A stretch of DNA of 64,000 nt, from assembly GCA_951406725.2 (NCBI GenBank), contig OX597814.1, positions 173,786,001-173,850,000 on the forward strand, written 5' to 3'. The translations under genes were made by a program, and so were the position numbers. The notes under the pieces are model-generated. The model saw only the letters and a program-made list of their open reading frames with translations. It was not told where the DNA came from and searched no databases. Positions 24,940 to 38,684 of this stretch are shown here, in pieces. This stretch comes from Octopus vulgaris (lineage: Eukaryota). Every line of letters begins with the position of its first letter. Positions within the stretch are counted from its first letter, which is position 1.

Positions 24940-25808
24940 CAGGGTGCGACTGGTAATTTGCCGCCATTATATATTTTTTCATTTCCCGCACGTGCATTGT
25001 TTTTGTTTTTTATTTTGTCGACTACACAGTGTAGTAGAGTCAGTTGGGCACCGTCTATGAGAAAAACAGTATCATGACACAATTCACTCTGCTAGAAATT
25101 TGGAAACTACATGATGTACTGCTTGGCATCCGCGCCGGAATCTCCAATACGAGCAGATGGTGAACACACAGAACAACCGTTGGCTTACCGTATCCCCAAA
25201 ACATGTACCAAGAGTGATAAAAATCAAACATCCAGTCAACATCAGGGTGTTTGGAGTGTATCACTAGTGATGGCGACGTTATGCCTCCATTCATCTTCCC
25301 ACACGGCCTCATGTGCATGTAGGAGGTAGTGCTGCCCTGGGTCAAGAGAGTGGCTGCTAGAAGTCCTTATGTCTGGCAACAGGACTCTGCACCATGCCAC
25401 ACAAGCAGGAGAACTCTGTCATGATTGTCAGACAATTTCTGCGATCACATCACCCTTAACATCTAGCCACCTAACTTACCAGACTGCAATCCCCTTGATT
25501 ATTATGTATGGGGTGCAGTTGAGCAAGAGACCAACAAAACCTTTTGTAACACCAAAGATGAACTGAAGGCAAGGATTATGGCAGCATTCACCAACTTAAA
25601 CAAAGAGACCGTCCAGAAGAGTTATAGGAGATTCCGAAGTGGTCTGGAGGCCGTGGTTGAAGCCAGTGGCGATTTTATTGAATAAATTTACTCTTTAGTA
25701 TTTCAAGATATTTTTGTGTAATTTTGGTAAATATATCTGTTAAAATGAGATGTCAGTGTTATTTTAATTTTTGCGTAATTCAGACGAGAGTTTATTCACG
25801 GCACCCTG
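24940..25808 (+). mobile_element. Defective DD37D (maT) Tc1/mariner element
   Basis: TA|cagggtgc ... gcaccctg|TA. WQQD...PDCNPLDYYVWG has 37 residues between the second and third catalytic Asp; in-frame stops present. Confidence 0.9.
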
Positions 25809-26926
25809 TATATATACCCGCACACTACCACACGCATGCACACATACATTGTTAGTGTTTTTTACCTTTATCCACATGAGTTAGGTCTTGGAGAAAATGA
25901 CGATCCAGATTTACTACGAATAATACACTACTCTCTGTGTCACTGCTTAGGTATCTGAAGCCATGGTATCATCCTCTGAAGAAAAGTACTTAATAACACT
26001 GAGGATAATTAAAGCAAAAGGGGAAAATAAAGATTTTTTTTTCCATGAGCGATGATAAGATTGCAAATTTATTTTCGTTCATCTCATTTTCTCTACTATA
26101 GGCTCAAGACCAGAAATTTTGGAGGAGAGGGACAGTTGATCATATCGACTTCAACATTTGGCTGATACTTATCTTATCTACTCTAAAAGAATGGAAAGCA
26201 AAGCCAACGGCGGTGGAATTGGAACTCGGAACATAAAACGGAAGAAATACTGCTAAGCATATTTTCCAACGCAGTAACGATCCTAGCAGGTCGCCATCTT
26301 CATTTTATCAGTAGTACTGATATTTTCTTCAGCATTGTATTCAACATCTACTTCTTCCTCGTCTTAAAATAGATTAATGGTTGGATTCTCCTCCATGCAT
26401 GAGAAAGTACAGATGTGGTGGAGTGAGAAAGAGAGAGAGAGAGAGAGGGAGAGCAAGTCGATAGCTACAGAACTGTTCTGAGCTGGAAGAAAATTTGTTG
26501 TTTGCTACGTACACAGGAGATGGAGACTCTTTCGGTAGAAGAAGACTGAAAACGTAGAGGTGCCAAGGGATATAGTTTACTGAGTAGAAAGGAGCTTGAT
26601 GGGTGATTCGGCGTTGTTAAATCTCTAAGTCGCTAAGATGTTCGGTAAACCTATCGGCTAATCATCAAACCACTGCAATCCGTGCAGCTGAGTCTCTAAC
26701 CAATCTGGTGTAAAACCTGCATACTACATAGTCGGAATTTGAGGCAATAAATAAGGTTTCTGGATTGCAGGTGAAATAATCTTGGATATAGAGAGAGTAA
26801 TTATAGGGCTCTTCTAATGCTTGTGATACTGAGGAATAAGCAGGTGTGAAAACTGGCCAAGAACAGGTGAAGACACGGGTTGCATGCGTAAAGAGGAGCA
26901 GTAAAAAACGCAGGTTACGGACACTC

Positions 26927-27787
26927 TTAACAGTTAGTGTTCAGATAACTCTGTCAAATGTAATGCTTATTTATTCACATTGTTTTGAATTAATCTTGCG
27001 GTGAGCCGGCAGAAACGTTAGCACTCCGGGCGAAATGCTTAGCGGTATTTCGTCTGCATTACGTTGTGAGTTCAAATTCCGCCGAGGTCGACTTTGCCTT
27101 TCATCCTTTCGGGGTCGATAAATCAAGTACCAGTTACGCACTGGGGTCGATGTAATCGACTTAATACCTATGTCTGTCCTTGTTTGTCCCCTCTGTGTTT
27201 AGCCCCTTGTGGGTAGTAAAGAAATAACTATTCCGCTTGTGCTTACATTTTTCATATAGGCGTAGGAGTGGCTGTGTGGTAAGTAGCTTGCTTACCAACC
27301 ACATGGTTCCGGGTTCAGCCCCTCTGCGTGGCACCTTGGGCAAGTGTCTTCTACTATAGCCTCGGGCCGACCAAAGCCTTGTGAGTGGATTTGGTAGACG
27401 GAAACTGAAAGAAGCCTGTCGTATATATGTGTGTTTGTGTGTCTATGTTTGTCCCCCCAGCATCGCTTGACAACCGATATTGGTGTCTTTACGTCCACGT
27501 AACTCAGCGGTTCGGCAAAAGAGACCCGATAGAATAAGTACTAGGCTTACAAAGAGTAAATCCTGGGGTTGATTGGCTCGACTAAAGGCGGTGCTCCAGC
27601 ATGGCCACAGTCAAATGAGTGAAACAAGTAAAAAAGTACCTTGTAGCTTCAATATTTCGATTATGTGATTTGTTTATTGTTAGAATGAAATTGTAGAGTA
27701 GGTGTGAAAGGCCTGAGCTGGCCAGGTTGGACATACAGATAGAATATTTTAGGCCAGATATGGCCGCTTTAAATGCTAAAGTGTTAA
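26927..27787 (-). mobile_element. TTAA-type MITE split by family-N (26998-27230) and family-V (27258-27637) SINEs
   Basis: MITE halves at 26927-26997 and 27638-27787 flank two near-consensus SINEs. Confidence 0.8.
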
Positions 27788-27867
27788 AAGAAGGGTTGGA
27801 AAGTGACGGGATCAGATTGGTTGAGCCAGAAGTGCCCTAGGATAATGTACTGGAGAGGTATGGTTAG

Positions 27868-28137
27868 GAAAGGTGCGTGGCTTAGTGGTTAGGGCATTCG
27901 GCTCACGATTGTAAGGTCAATTGTGAGTTCAATTCCCGGCAACGCGTTGTGGCCTTGAGCAAGACATTTTATTTCATGTTGCTCCAGTCCTGTGTCACGC
28001 TGACTCTCCCTGAGAACTACGTTAGGGGTATACGTGTCTGTGGATTGCTCAGTCACTTGCACATTAATTTCACGAGCAAGCTGTTCTGTTGATCGTATCA
28101 GCTGGGACCCTCGTCGTCGCAACCGACGGAGTGCTCC
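27868..28137 (+). mobile_element. tRNA-derived SINE family A
   Basis: ggtgcgtggcttagtggttaggg...ccttgagcaagaca...gacggagtgctcc. Confidence 0.85.
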
Positions 28138-28659
28138 TAGGTAAGGAGAATAGAAGGTGATTGGTAGTGGGGTGGACGCATTAGATATCAATTATGTGGA
28201 TTGCTTTATAAATCCGCAAATATGCAGGTTAATATATGTAGCTTCAGTTAATGATAGAGGAATAACTAATATGTTATAGTCGAAGCAGTGACGTAGCAAT
28301 AGAATGTGCCGCCCGGGGGAGCCATTGAGTTTGCAGTCTTTCTCACCACCCACACTCCCCCGGGGGGTTCCAAGCCTATACACGCTTAATCAGCAAACTC
28401 AAAAACACCGTCCCCACAAAGCGTCACCAGGGCCGCTGCCTCAACCTGCCCCACCCCGGCATAACTACGCTACTGAATTGAAGCTGCCCACACACACGCC
28501 TATGATGTCGACCACTCCTCCAACCCCTTTCCCTGCATCTGTCCCCCATCCCCTACCAAAAAAATCACTTCGCTTCTCCCCTCACTACCATTCTTCCACA
28601 TGATGTTGCTTGCAGTGTCTACCACACACACACACACGTACATGCACACAAAAGGTACA

Positions 28660-29676
28660 TTCCAAACTTTTTTCAGGAGAGACATTTATTAATATCACTT
28701 CCAGCCATTTCGTGAAAGCCCCGTGGAATTCTTCCAAACTGAAGATATTCAGAACCCTTGTCACATCTTCCTTCATCTTCAAAACGACTGCCCCTGAGGT
28801 CCTTCTTCAGCTTGAGGAACAACCAAAAGTCACAGGGAGCAAGGTCTGGACTGTAGGGGAGGGACAGTTTTGATGTCATGTAGTTTGTTACCAGGATGAT
28901 CATTGCTGAGAACCCTGGAAACAGACTTCGTACAAATTTTGTGCATAGAGGAGCTTGCTTTCATAATCGGTATAAGTGCATATTTGATCGATTTCATGAT
29001 AACCATTAAAACACAATCTACAAGCTGCTGGCTTCACGCATGTGGATTTTTTTTCAGCCAAACTGGGATAGATGCCATATAGACAGAAGACAAATCTTAG
29101 TCTTCCAATCAAAATCAGTTATATTCAAGTTGTTGTTAGCAGTTGTTGTTAGCGGTTCGGCAAAAGAGACCGATAGAATAAGTACTAGGCTTACAAGTAA
29201 GAGAGTAGAGTAATTACTCAGAAATCATTCCGATGCATATATTTGGTTTTGAAAGTAAGCTCTTCTTTATAGACACACGACGGTCTTCATTCAGAAAACT
29301 GTGAATTTTCTCAGCCATTTTTCATGTTCTGACGTCCTCTTCTGCCAACATCCCTCATCTTCGCCCACCTCCTCTCTACCATCCTTGAAATCTCTTGTGC
29401 CAATGGAAAAGTTAAAATCCATAAGCAGTCTGGGGCATTTACTCTTTTTACTTGTTTCACTCATTTGACTGAGGCCATGCTGGAGCACCGCCTTTAGTCG
29501 AGCAAATCGATCCCAGGACTTATTCTTTGTAAGCCTAGAACTTTTTCTATTGGTCTATTATGCCGAACCGCTAAGTTACGGGGACGTAAACACACCAGCA
29601 TCGGTTGTCAAGCGATGTTGGGGGGACAAACACAGACACACAAACATACACACACATACATACATACATACATACA

Positions 29677-29712
<36 letters not shown>

Positions 29713-29960
29713 CATACATACATCCATACATACATATATACGACGAGCTTCTTTCAGTTTCCGTCTACCAAATCCACTCGCAAGGCTTTGGTCGGCCCGA
29801 GGCTATAGTAGAAGACACTTGCCCAAGGTGCTACGCAGTAAGACTGAACCTGGAACCATGTGGTTGGTAAGCAAGCTACTTACCACACAGCCACTCCTGC
29901 AATAAGTTTCTGCAATATTTTTGCCCAGTTTAACATAAAACCGTATTGCATAGCGAGCTT
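28660..29960 (-). mobile_element. Decayed mariner remnant interrupted by a family-V SINE (29438-29900)
   Basis: PYSPDLAPCDFWLFLKLKKDLRGSRFED and FKDGREEVGED fragments. Confidence 0.75.
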
Positions 29961-30199
29961 CTAAACGTCCCGATAGCATTCAGCAAACTAGACAACTGTG
30001 ACAAGTAGGATGTGTCCAATGTGCTGTTAGAGTCGTTGCCTTCAATCTGGAACAACAAAGATTGGCAGGTTAGCCTATCCGATGTATATTAATGATATAC
30101 TATACTTACAATAATCTAGAACAGTTACAACTGCCTCTTGTAAAATGTCCGAAAACTTACGGAATGCACTTCATGCGTACAAGGGTATTCTCGACGCTA

Positions 30200-31065
30200 T
30201 TAATATTGGTTTCAAATTTGGCACAAGACCAGCAATTTTGGATGAGGGGAGAAGTCGATTATATCAACCCCAATGTTCGATTGGTATTTATTTTATCGAT
30301 CTCAAAAGGATAAAGAGCAAAGTCGACCTTGGCGGATTTTGAACTCAGAATGTAAAGATGGATGAAATGCCATTAAGCATTTTGCCCGGCGTGCAAATGA
30401 TTTTGCCAGCTCGCTGTCTTCGACGCTATTAATATTGATTTCAAATTTTGGTACAAGCCAGCAATTCCATAGGCAAGTCAATTACATAGACCCCAATACT
30501 CAACTGGTATTTATTTTATCGACCCCCAAAGGATGAAAGGCAAAGTCGACGTCGGCGGAATTTGAACTCAGAACATAAAGAAGGGCGGAATACCTATTTC
30601 TTTACTACCCACAAGGAGCTAAACACAGAGAGGACAAACAAGGACAGACAAACGGATTTAGTCGATTATATCGACCCCAGTGCGTAACTGGTACTTATTT
30701 AATCGACCCCGAAAGGATGAAACACAAAGTCGACCTCGGCAGAATTTGAACTCAGAACGTAGCGGCAGACGAAATACTGCTAAGCATTTGGCCCGGTGTG
30801 CTAACGTTTCTGCCAGCTCGCCGTCTTTCTCGACGTTATTAATATTCTTTTCTACTCTAGGCACAAGGCCCGAAATTTTGGAGGAGTGGGACCAGTCGAA
30901 TAGATTGACTCCAATACGCAACTCGTAATTTAATTTATCGATCCCGAAAGGATGAAATGCAAAGTCGACCTCGGCGGAATTTGAACTCAGAACGTAGCGG
31001 CAGACGAAATACCGCTAAGCATTTTGCCCGACGTGCTAACGATTCTGCCAGCTCGCCGCCTTTCG
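30200..31065 (-). mobile_element. Tandem/nested cluster of about 4 family-N SINEs
   Basis: Repeated aaggatgaaaggcaaagtcgacctcggcggaatttgaactcagaac, separated by the recurring spacer tcgacg(c/t)tattaatatt. Confidence 0.85.
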
Positions 31066-31746
31066 ACGTTATTAATATTGAAATAAGAAGTGTTGCAAGG
31101 TTAGATCAATAGAATTGCATTACCGCTATAACTGAGTGGATGATTCAACGACATTTACGATAAAAACCACCTGCTAATTCACACACTTTGATTGTGAATT
31201 TATACCCATCAACATAGAAATCTCTCTGCTGAAAACCATTAACTTCAGAAAACAATCTACTACGAAAAGCAACCTCGACATTAGAATAGTAATGAACATC
31301 AGGAAGTCATGGTTATATCATGATTTCTAATCAGTGAAAAGCACGGTCAATACCCACTCTTCAATGTCTCAAAAAAAGCTACGACGCGTTAGAGATGACT
31401 GACCGCGCGAGGTTATTTATCTTTGGCACCTTTACGAAGCGAATCTTTTCTCATAGCCTAGCTATGCCGATTTGTTTGACTAAAGGCGGTGCTCCAGCAT
31501 AGCCACAGTCGGCCCGATTTCAAAGATTAATAAAAAAAAAAGCAAACACATGAAGATGCATGAAAAAACTTTATAATTCTATGAAGTTCATTAAAGGCCA
31601 TTTTTTTTTTCTGTTTCAGGAAGTACCTACCATGGCTTGAAGTGGAGAGCATCGTTTTTTGTTATATCTTCATGTGCTTCTTTTTTATTAACCTTTGAAA
31701 TCAGGGCAACCTTTCTACCGCACCCTACATACATACATACATACAT

Positions 31747-31809
<63 letters not shown>

Positions 31810-31819
<10 letters not shown>

Positions 31820-32424
31820 TAAAAGTGAAGTTCAATCTTCCTTGTTTGTTTGCAATGTTACACAACCAAAGTGACGCATAATGGGGGAATACTATGAATT
31901 AAGTTTTCCCTGAAATGTTAATACGGACGGAATGAAACAAGTTTCGCGTAAATCGGACCAGTAGTTATTGATATATTTGAGGTTTGGGGGCATAAATACC
32001 CAAGACTCTGCACAATAGGAAAAATGAAGAGGATGAAACTCTAATCTTTCGATTAATTACAGTGACTTGAAAACGAAAAAATACGATTTGTCTTTTTTAC
32101 AGTTAATGTTTCTATTTTCGCTTTTGTTAAACACAATATTTTAATCATTTAGAAATATTTTTAAGTAGATGTGATTTCAAAAATTTAAGTTGTTTGTACA
32201 GTAAGTATTTATGTTTTAGCTTTCTTTAAACAGACAATATTTTAATGTTTTTTTTAAATTATTTTCAAGTGAATGTTATTACAACAATTTTGAGGGGCAT
32301 ATTTAAAAAATATTTTAAAGTGAAAATGACTAAAAATACGGTAAATATTTCGTAAAAGACTCGTTCGTAACCTCGGTGTGAAATAATACTTCCCCGGTAA
32401 CCCAACGGGTTACGGTTAGTCTAG
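31810..32424 (+). mobile_element. Non-autonomous Helitron-type element
   Basis: 3' hairpin gtaacc-caacg-ggttac followed by CTAG|T; the 5' end merges into (TA)n. Confidence 0.7.
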
Positions 32425-32527
32425 TGCGTATATATATATATATATATATATATGACTGAAAGACTAAGACCGGTACTGAAATGTTTTTCATAAAATTATT
32501 TTAGCATTTTCTATCTTGACTTTTTTT

Positions 32528-32564
<37 letters not shown>

Positions 32565-32568
<4 letters not shown>

Positions 32569-32762
32569 ATCCAAACAAGAAAACACAGAAAAAAAGACAG
32601 CAACGCGAAGACGTGGAACAATTAAAGTATTATTTGACGCTCAGGAAAGAAGGGAAGGAGGGTTTAACGTTTCGAGCGGAGCTCTTCGTCGGAAACAAAG
32701 GAGAAGGAAAGATCCCGAGAAGGGAAGATAGAGGAAAAAAAATATTTTTGCTGGTGGTGCTC
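32565..32762 (-). mobile_element. Second (TA)n-abutting hammerhead-bearing element
   Basis: Homologous to 24459-24652. Confidence 0.7.
32662..32696 (-). ncRNA. Minimal type-I hammerhead ribozyme motif (core U-to-C variant)
   Basis: GUUU-CCGACGA-A-GAGC-UCC-GCUC-GAAAC-GUU-AAAC: perfect stem II, with CCGA in place of CUGA. Confidence 0.65.
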
Positions 32763-32771
32763 AAGAGATCA

Positions 32772-32818
<47 letters not shown>

Positions 32819-33359
32819 GAGAATTTCCAATTTATCTGACTTAGCCGAAAAATAAGTTTGCACAGAAAATTCCCCCACCCTCCTCACACCCGAGGGAAGT
32901 CAAAAAGTGGAAATCGCATTTCATTATTTAGGCATTACTACAATAATTGTCAATAACTTTTTATCTGTTGTTACCACTTTCCAGTAGCACGCAAACAGCA
33001 TAGTTTCTTTAGAGTACATAATGTTAAGGTGAGTAATTTTTTTTTTTTTTTCGTAGACAATATTACTTATAGTTTTCAAACTCCACAAACCAGAAGTACA
33101 CATCCACACGGTCCCTCTCCTCCCAGCAACCCAACAGCAGTTTCCGAAATTAAGCCAGCTGTTCACATCTACATACTGTCTAAAGACAGGTAAAATTCCA
33201 TTTCTAGAAGTTTAGAACTCAATGACACAACTGTCCCACAATAACATTGAATAAAGACAAGAGCTCTTCCATATTCTAATAGGTTGTGTAAATGCAGATT
33301 CTGTCCGTTTGGTCCTCTACATTCCTCTCTCAGCCGAGAGATCCTAGTATTGCAGGTTC

Positions 33360-33735
33360 ATGGGTGCTGGTGTCACATACAAGCAGCCGTGCCGATGCCT
33401 AGTAAAGGCGACAGTGTCGGTGCCACATAAAAGCGCCCGTGCCGATGTCACGTAAAAGCGCCCGTGCAGGTACCACGTAAAAGCGCCCGTGTTGGGCATC
33501 CAGCCGTAGAAACCATACCAAAAGAGACAAATGGAGCCCGTGCAGCTCTCCGGTTGACCAGTTCCTGTCAAACCGTCCAACCCACGCCAGCATGGAGAAT
33601 GGACTTAAATTATGATGATGATGATGATGACGATGATGACGACGAGGATGATAATGACGATGACGATGACGATGAGGATGACGATGATGACGATGACGAT
33701 GATGACGATGATGATGATGATGATGATGATGATTA
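33360..33735 (+). mobile_element. SINE family R with expanded (GAT/GAC)n tail
   Basis: Family core followed by about 120 nt of gat/gac triplets. Confidence 0.85.
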
Positions 33736-34165
33736 TGATACTGCAGTACACTGAAACATACCGAGGCATCCATTTGCAAGAAATCTGAGGTGATTTCCAA
33801 TTGCAGTACAGATGGATATTTCTCCCGGGGTATTTTCAACTTATTGACCCAGAAAATAACGTCAGCCAACTATTACGACACAGGGATAATAACAAAGAAT
33901 AGATTTTCTTTCCTAACGAAAATCAAAATCGCTTGAGATACTTTCTTCACATTCTAAAAGTGTTCTACAGTATCTCAGTAATTTCCACCATGTGATCTAC
34001 CTTTCAAGTCGTATGCGACTAAAATTACACTCATGGCGAACATCTGAATGACTATCACACATTTTAGGTGTCTATAAAACGTCTGGGTTATGGCCGTTTC
34101 ACAACTGTTTCTCTACACACAGACAGATGCACACACATGCTTGTGCGTGTGTGAGTGTACGCGTG

Positions 34166-34197
<32 letters not shown>

Positions 34198-34229
34198 CAG
34201 ACAAATATATATACATCACACATACATAC

Positions 34230-34266
<37 letters not shown>

Positions 34267-34269
<3 letters not shown>

Positions 34270-34512
34270 AGGCGCGTGGCTTAGTGGTTAGGGTGTCAGC
34301 ATCATGATCGTAAGATTGTGGTTTCGATTACTGGACCGTGCGACGCGTTGTGTCCTTGAGCAAAACACTTCATTCCACGTTGCTCCAGTCCACTCAGCTG
34401 GCAAAATGAGTAACGCTGCGTGGACTGGCGTCCTGTCCAGCTGGGGAACACATACGCCATTGAAACCGGGAAACCGGGTCCGTGAGCCTGAATAGGCTTT
34501 AAAAGGGTGCAT
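34267..34512 (+). mobile_element. tRNA-derived SINE family A variant
   Basis: ggaggcgcgtggcttagtggttaggg...tgtgtccttgagcaaaacac; related copy at 17990-18240. Confidence 0.8.
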
Positions 34513-34519
34513 TCATTTA

Positions 34520-34571
<52 letters not shown>

Positions 34572-34775
34572 GTTATTATATATATATACTAGGCTTACAA
34601 AGAATAAGTCCTGGGGTCGATTTGCTTGACTAAAGGCGATCCTCCAGCATGGCCACAGTCAAATGACTGAAATAAGTAAAAGAGTATAAACTAGGATCAA
34701 TAAAGCATTAGCAGCTATTGGTACATGGTATTTAACTCTTTAGCATTCAGATTACTCTGTCAAATATAATGCTTG

Positions 34776-35383
34776 TGTAGTGATCCTATACAACGGCGCG
34801 CGCTCGCGCACCGTCCATTTTCTATTTCGCGCGTGTTGGTGCCTTTACCAAGGCAGAGAGAGGAAGGGCCCTCTCGCGCAAGCGCGAAGCACCGGAAGAA
34901 GAACCCTTTTGCCTACGTAGCAGTTAGCCGAGGCAAGGGGATCGTAAGACGTTGACCACCAGCGTCCAGCAAGCAGCGACTTGAGACAGCAGCGACTGAG
35001 GGCAACGGTCACGTATATTTTCTCTCCGTTCGAACTAGATTCTAGCAGCACCTTACCAAAAGGCCTTTAACCAAATTGTTGCAGACCAACATCGTCTCCA
35101 TTGTTCGCCGCCATCTTTGACCAGTGTCGTTTTGCATTTGAACACTTTCTTATTTTACAGAGATAAGGTTCAGCACGACACATTTATACCAAAGGGATAC
35201 CAGATAACCACTTATTGTTACTGTTACCACATTAGAGAATAAAGTAGTATATATATTATTTACGTCTGCGTCTTGTTGTTTCTGACTGGTAGAATTCTGG
35301 ATTATTAAAGCAACGAATAGTGATTGCTTTCTTGTACCCCGAAAGTACAAGAGAAGATATTCACTCACACTAAGTTCGTTACA
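34776..35383. mobile_element. Solo LTR (Gypsy-like) inserted in a TTAA-type MITE
   Basis: TGTAGTGA...TCGTTACA ends with 4-bp TSD cttg; the host MITE resumes on both sides (34733-35560). Confidence 0.85.
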
Positions 35384-36417
35384 CTTGTTTATAACTTAAT
35401 CATGCATTATCTTGTAGCTTCGAGATTTCAATGATGTGACTCTTTATTTTTAAACTGACATTGTAGGACGAGTGTGAGAGATCTGATCTGGTCAATTTGA
35501 ACATAAAACAAGTTTAATATTCGGGTCGGAAATGGTCGGTTTAAATGTTAAACGTTTAAGGACCGAAATCCATTGCTAAAAAGAGCAGCCGTTACATTTT
35601 GACACTACTCGATGAATGTATGCATGCCGCGTTCCCCTTTGCTTCAAGGAAAGCAACTTCTCTAAATATCATTCAATACCTCTCCCCATTATTCATCTTC
35701 TTCAGTGCTGTAAGCTCTATTCATAGACAGCGAGACACGACTGGAGAATTTTTAAGCAGATGGAATGCCTTAAAAGATTCCTTACATACATGATAAATGA
35801 TATTCAAGGTGAATCATTTATAAAAATAAAATAAAGTAAGACGAGAAAACAATGGGACGAACATCCCACTTGCTTTAATAACTATCAAAGGTTTGCCTCC
35901 TAGAGTTCTAAGCGTAATGTTTAACATTGCACGTTATTCTACTTTGAAATCCCAGATGACTTTATCCTCAACACTCCAACGCTGACAAAATCATTTCCCG
36001 GGTTGAGTTTCCTTGGAAATTCAGTAAACCAGTAAACCTTTAAAAAATGCCCCTCCACCACTCCACCAAATATTAATTTCTTGAAAAGGTGCCAATAATT
36101 CAAATACTCTTTAACCACCATTTTCAAACACTCTCAACCAGATTCGGTTTACAACAGGGAAACGTATACAATCTCAATATGCCATTATCTCGAGTCCCTG
36201 AAACCGAGTCTCAAGCTACAACTCACTCTTATGAGCGTATATTATTATCCATACATTAACCCCTTGCTTGTCCAAAGAATTTTCATAAGTTTGTCCTAAA
36301 TGTCGATGCTTATTTTTCAGATTTTTAGTTAGCCTTTGTTTCATACGTTCCAAGTCATGTAAAGCTTCCCTTTTATGAACCTCAAGTTACCCAAGTGTTT
36401 GAAAGAAATCGTGAATG

Positions 36418-36800
36418 TAGGTGTAGGAGTGGCTGTGAGGTAAGTAGCTTGCTTGCCAACCACATGGTTCCGGGTTCAGTCCCACTGCGTGGCACCTTGG
36501 GCATAAGTTTTCTACTATAGCCTCGGGTCTACCAAAGCCTTGTGATTGGATTTGGTAGATGGAAACTGAAAGAAGCCCATCGTATATATGTATATATATG
36601 TTTATATGTATGTGTGTGCATATGATTGTGTTTATCCCCCTCCCCCAAACATCGCTTGACAACCGATGCTGGTGTGTTTACGTCCCCATAACTTAGCGGT
36701 TCAGCAAAAGTGACCGATAGAATAAGTTAGGCTTACAAAGAATAATTCTTGGGGTCGATTTCCTCGACTAAAGGTGGTGCTGAAACAAGTAAAAGAGTAA
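36418..36800 (+). mobile_element. tRNA-derived SINE family V
   Basis: taggagtggctgtg.ggtaagtagcttgc...ggatttggtaga.ggaaactgaaagaagccc. Confidence 0.85.
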
Positions 36801-38260
36801 AGAGTAATGTATATCACGTATGATACATTGGCGCCAGGCAAATATCTCCTGTGTATCACATGAAATACATAGAAGAGGCAAAGGGTTATTGATAATAACT
36901 AAATTATGGAAGCAGATGATGATGTATCAATCCTTTGTTCTGACAATGGCAACAAACAACTGTGAAAGACAAAAAGAAATGTCAATCTGTTTGAATGGTT
37001 TGCTTGCTTTTATTATACAAATTGCTTTTACTTTTTATTTGTGAATTACTATTTTTCGTTTTTATATTCCTTTTCCTTTTTTTAACATTTCTCCTGAATA
37101 CGCTCTGTCTGTTGTGTAGTGAATGCAGTATTGAATATACATTAATTGTTTTGTACTGTTATGTTAATTGCTAACAACAGAAGCGAGATCTCAAGAGTTC
37201 TGTGCAATATACGTGTTCCACATTATATAGAGAGGGGAAGAAACAATTTCATTAATCGGCTCTTTTTGAAGTGTTATATATATATGTATCAACAGTTGAA
37301 AAATTTCTGAAGTGTGAAATTGATCTATGATTGAAATTTAAAATTACAGAAATATAATAAATATTTTGAATTTTGTATTTCAGAATCTAGATATTTATAA
37401 CCGTCACTTTGACCAAAATACGTAACACCTATAAAATAAAATCTTTTGTTGTACTTATTGGAATTGAATTGGCGGCGGCGGCGGCGGCGGCGGCAACAAC
37501 AACAACAACAACAACAACACCTACCTTTGTGTAATGTATGACGAAATGCAAATGGATAGGATGTATGTTGTGGATTTTGCATGCATGAAGTGGATTCGAT
37601 CCGCCATAGCCAAATTTAAATTAACACTGCAACAGAACTTTTCCCACGATGGAACAATGGTTTTTCTCTGGCAGCAGTTTTACATTTTCCAGATGCCTTC
37701 AGCTAGGCTGAAGTAATGTCTTCGCCACTTGACCCTTTCTAGCCTCTTCTACTTCACCAAAAGCTAGAATAGAGATAACAAGACCACCAACTAAATCTAT
37801 TGTTCTCAATGCTGTATCTATCCTTCTGGATCTTTATATAAGCAAGCACACCCCAAGCAAAAATCAGTAAGTCACCTTGGTGACAACTCATGAGTTGAGA
37901 GAGAGCTAACATCAGTTAGTGAACCGACCACTAGAATCATGGAAGCAGGCAGATAAAACGGCCAGACGGAAAAAGAAAGACAACGTCCCACACTCTCTCA
38001 CTCTCACTAGCTCTAATTCTGTTCTCTTACAACATCATTCTATCTCTCTCTGTAATTACTACTAAACAATGAAGAGGACACAAACACAAACTTTACTTCG
38101 CATGCTTTTGGATTTATCATAACCTGCTCGTCGAGGCAAGGTATTTGTAATGTAACGGTAAATAAATACTTTCTAAATACATAAATGGCGTTTTCTCTTA
38201 TAAGGAACACAAAGGTAATTTCTCTTATAAGGAACACTCCGATTTTGAATAAGGACCAAC

Positions 38261-38324
<64 letters not shown>

Positions 38325-38684
38325 GATAAAACCCAATAATGACGAATATAATCATTGTTTGTCAATGAACTGCTAACTAAAGGCAATTATTTTAGCCCAG
38401 CTGATGATCTGCAACTTTTACTACAGCCATCATATAAATGACTCTTCTCTGTTAAATGCAAAACAGAATAATGACATCTGACACACAGAGATAACCAATA
38501 CATTGATTTTAAATAAATATGTACATGGAAGTAATGTAAAATATGTATGATAAACACACATTTAGTCTCTCGTGGAAAATAGACCTCTACGATAAACCAC
38601 TAAGGCTTCGACAGCTTCAAGTCCGAACCAGCTGATTTTGTTTATCATTGATCCCTGATTATTTTTGAATGAAAGACTCACATC

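Noticed and set aside
33399-33869. Poly-His (minus) and poly-Asp (plus) ORFs
   Set aside because: They are translations of an expanded (GAT/GAC)n SINE tail.
37325-37582. Poly-Cys/poly-Arg ORF
   Set aside because: It derives from (CAA)n and (GGC)n microsatellites beyond a likely splice donor.
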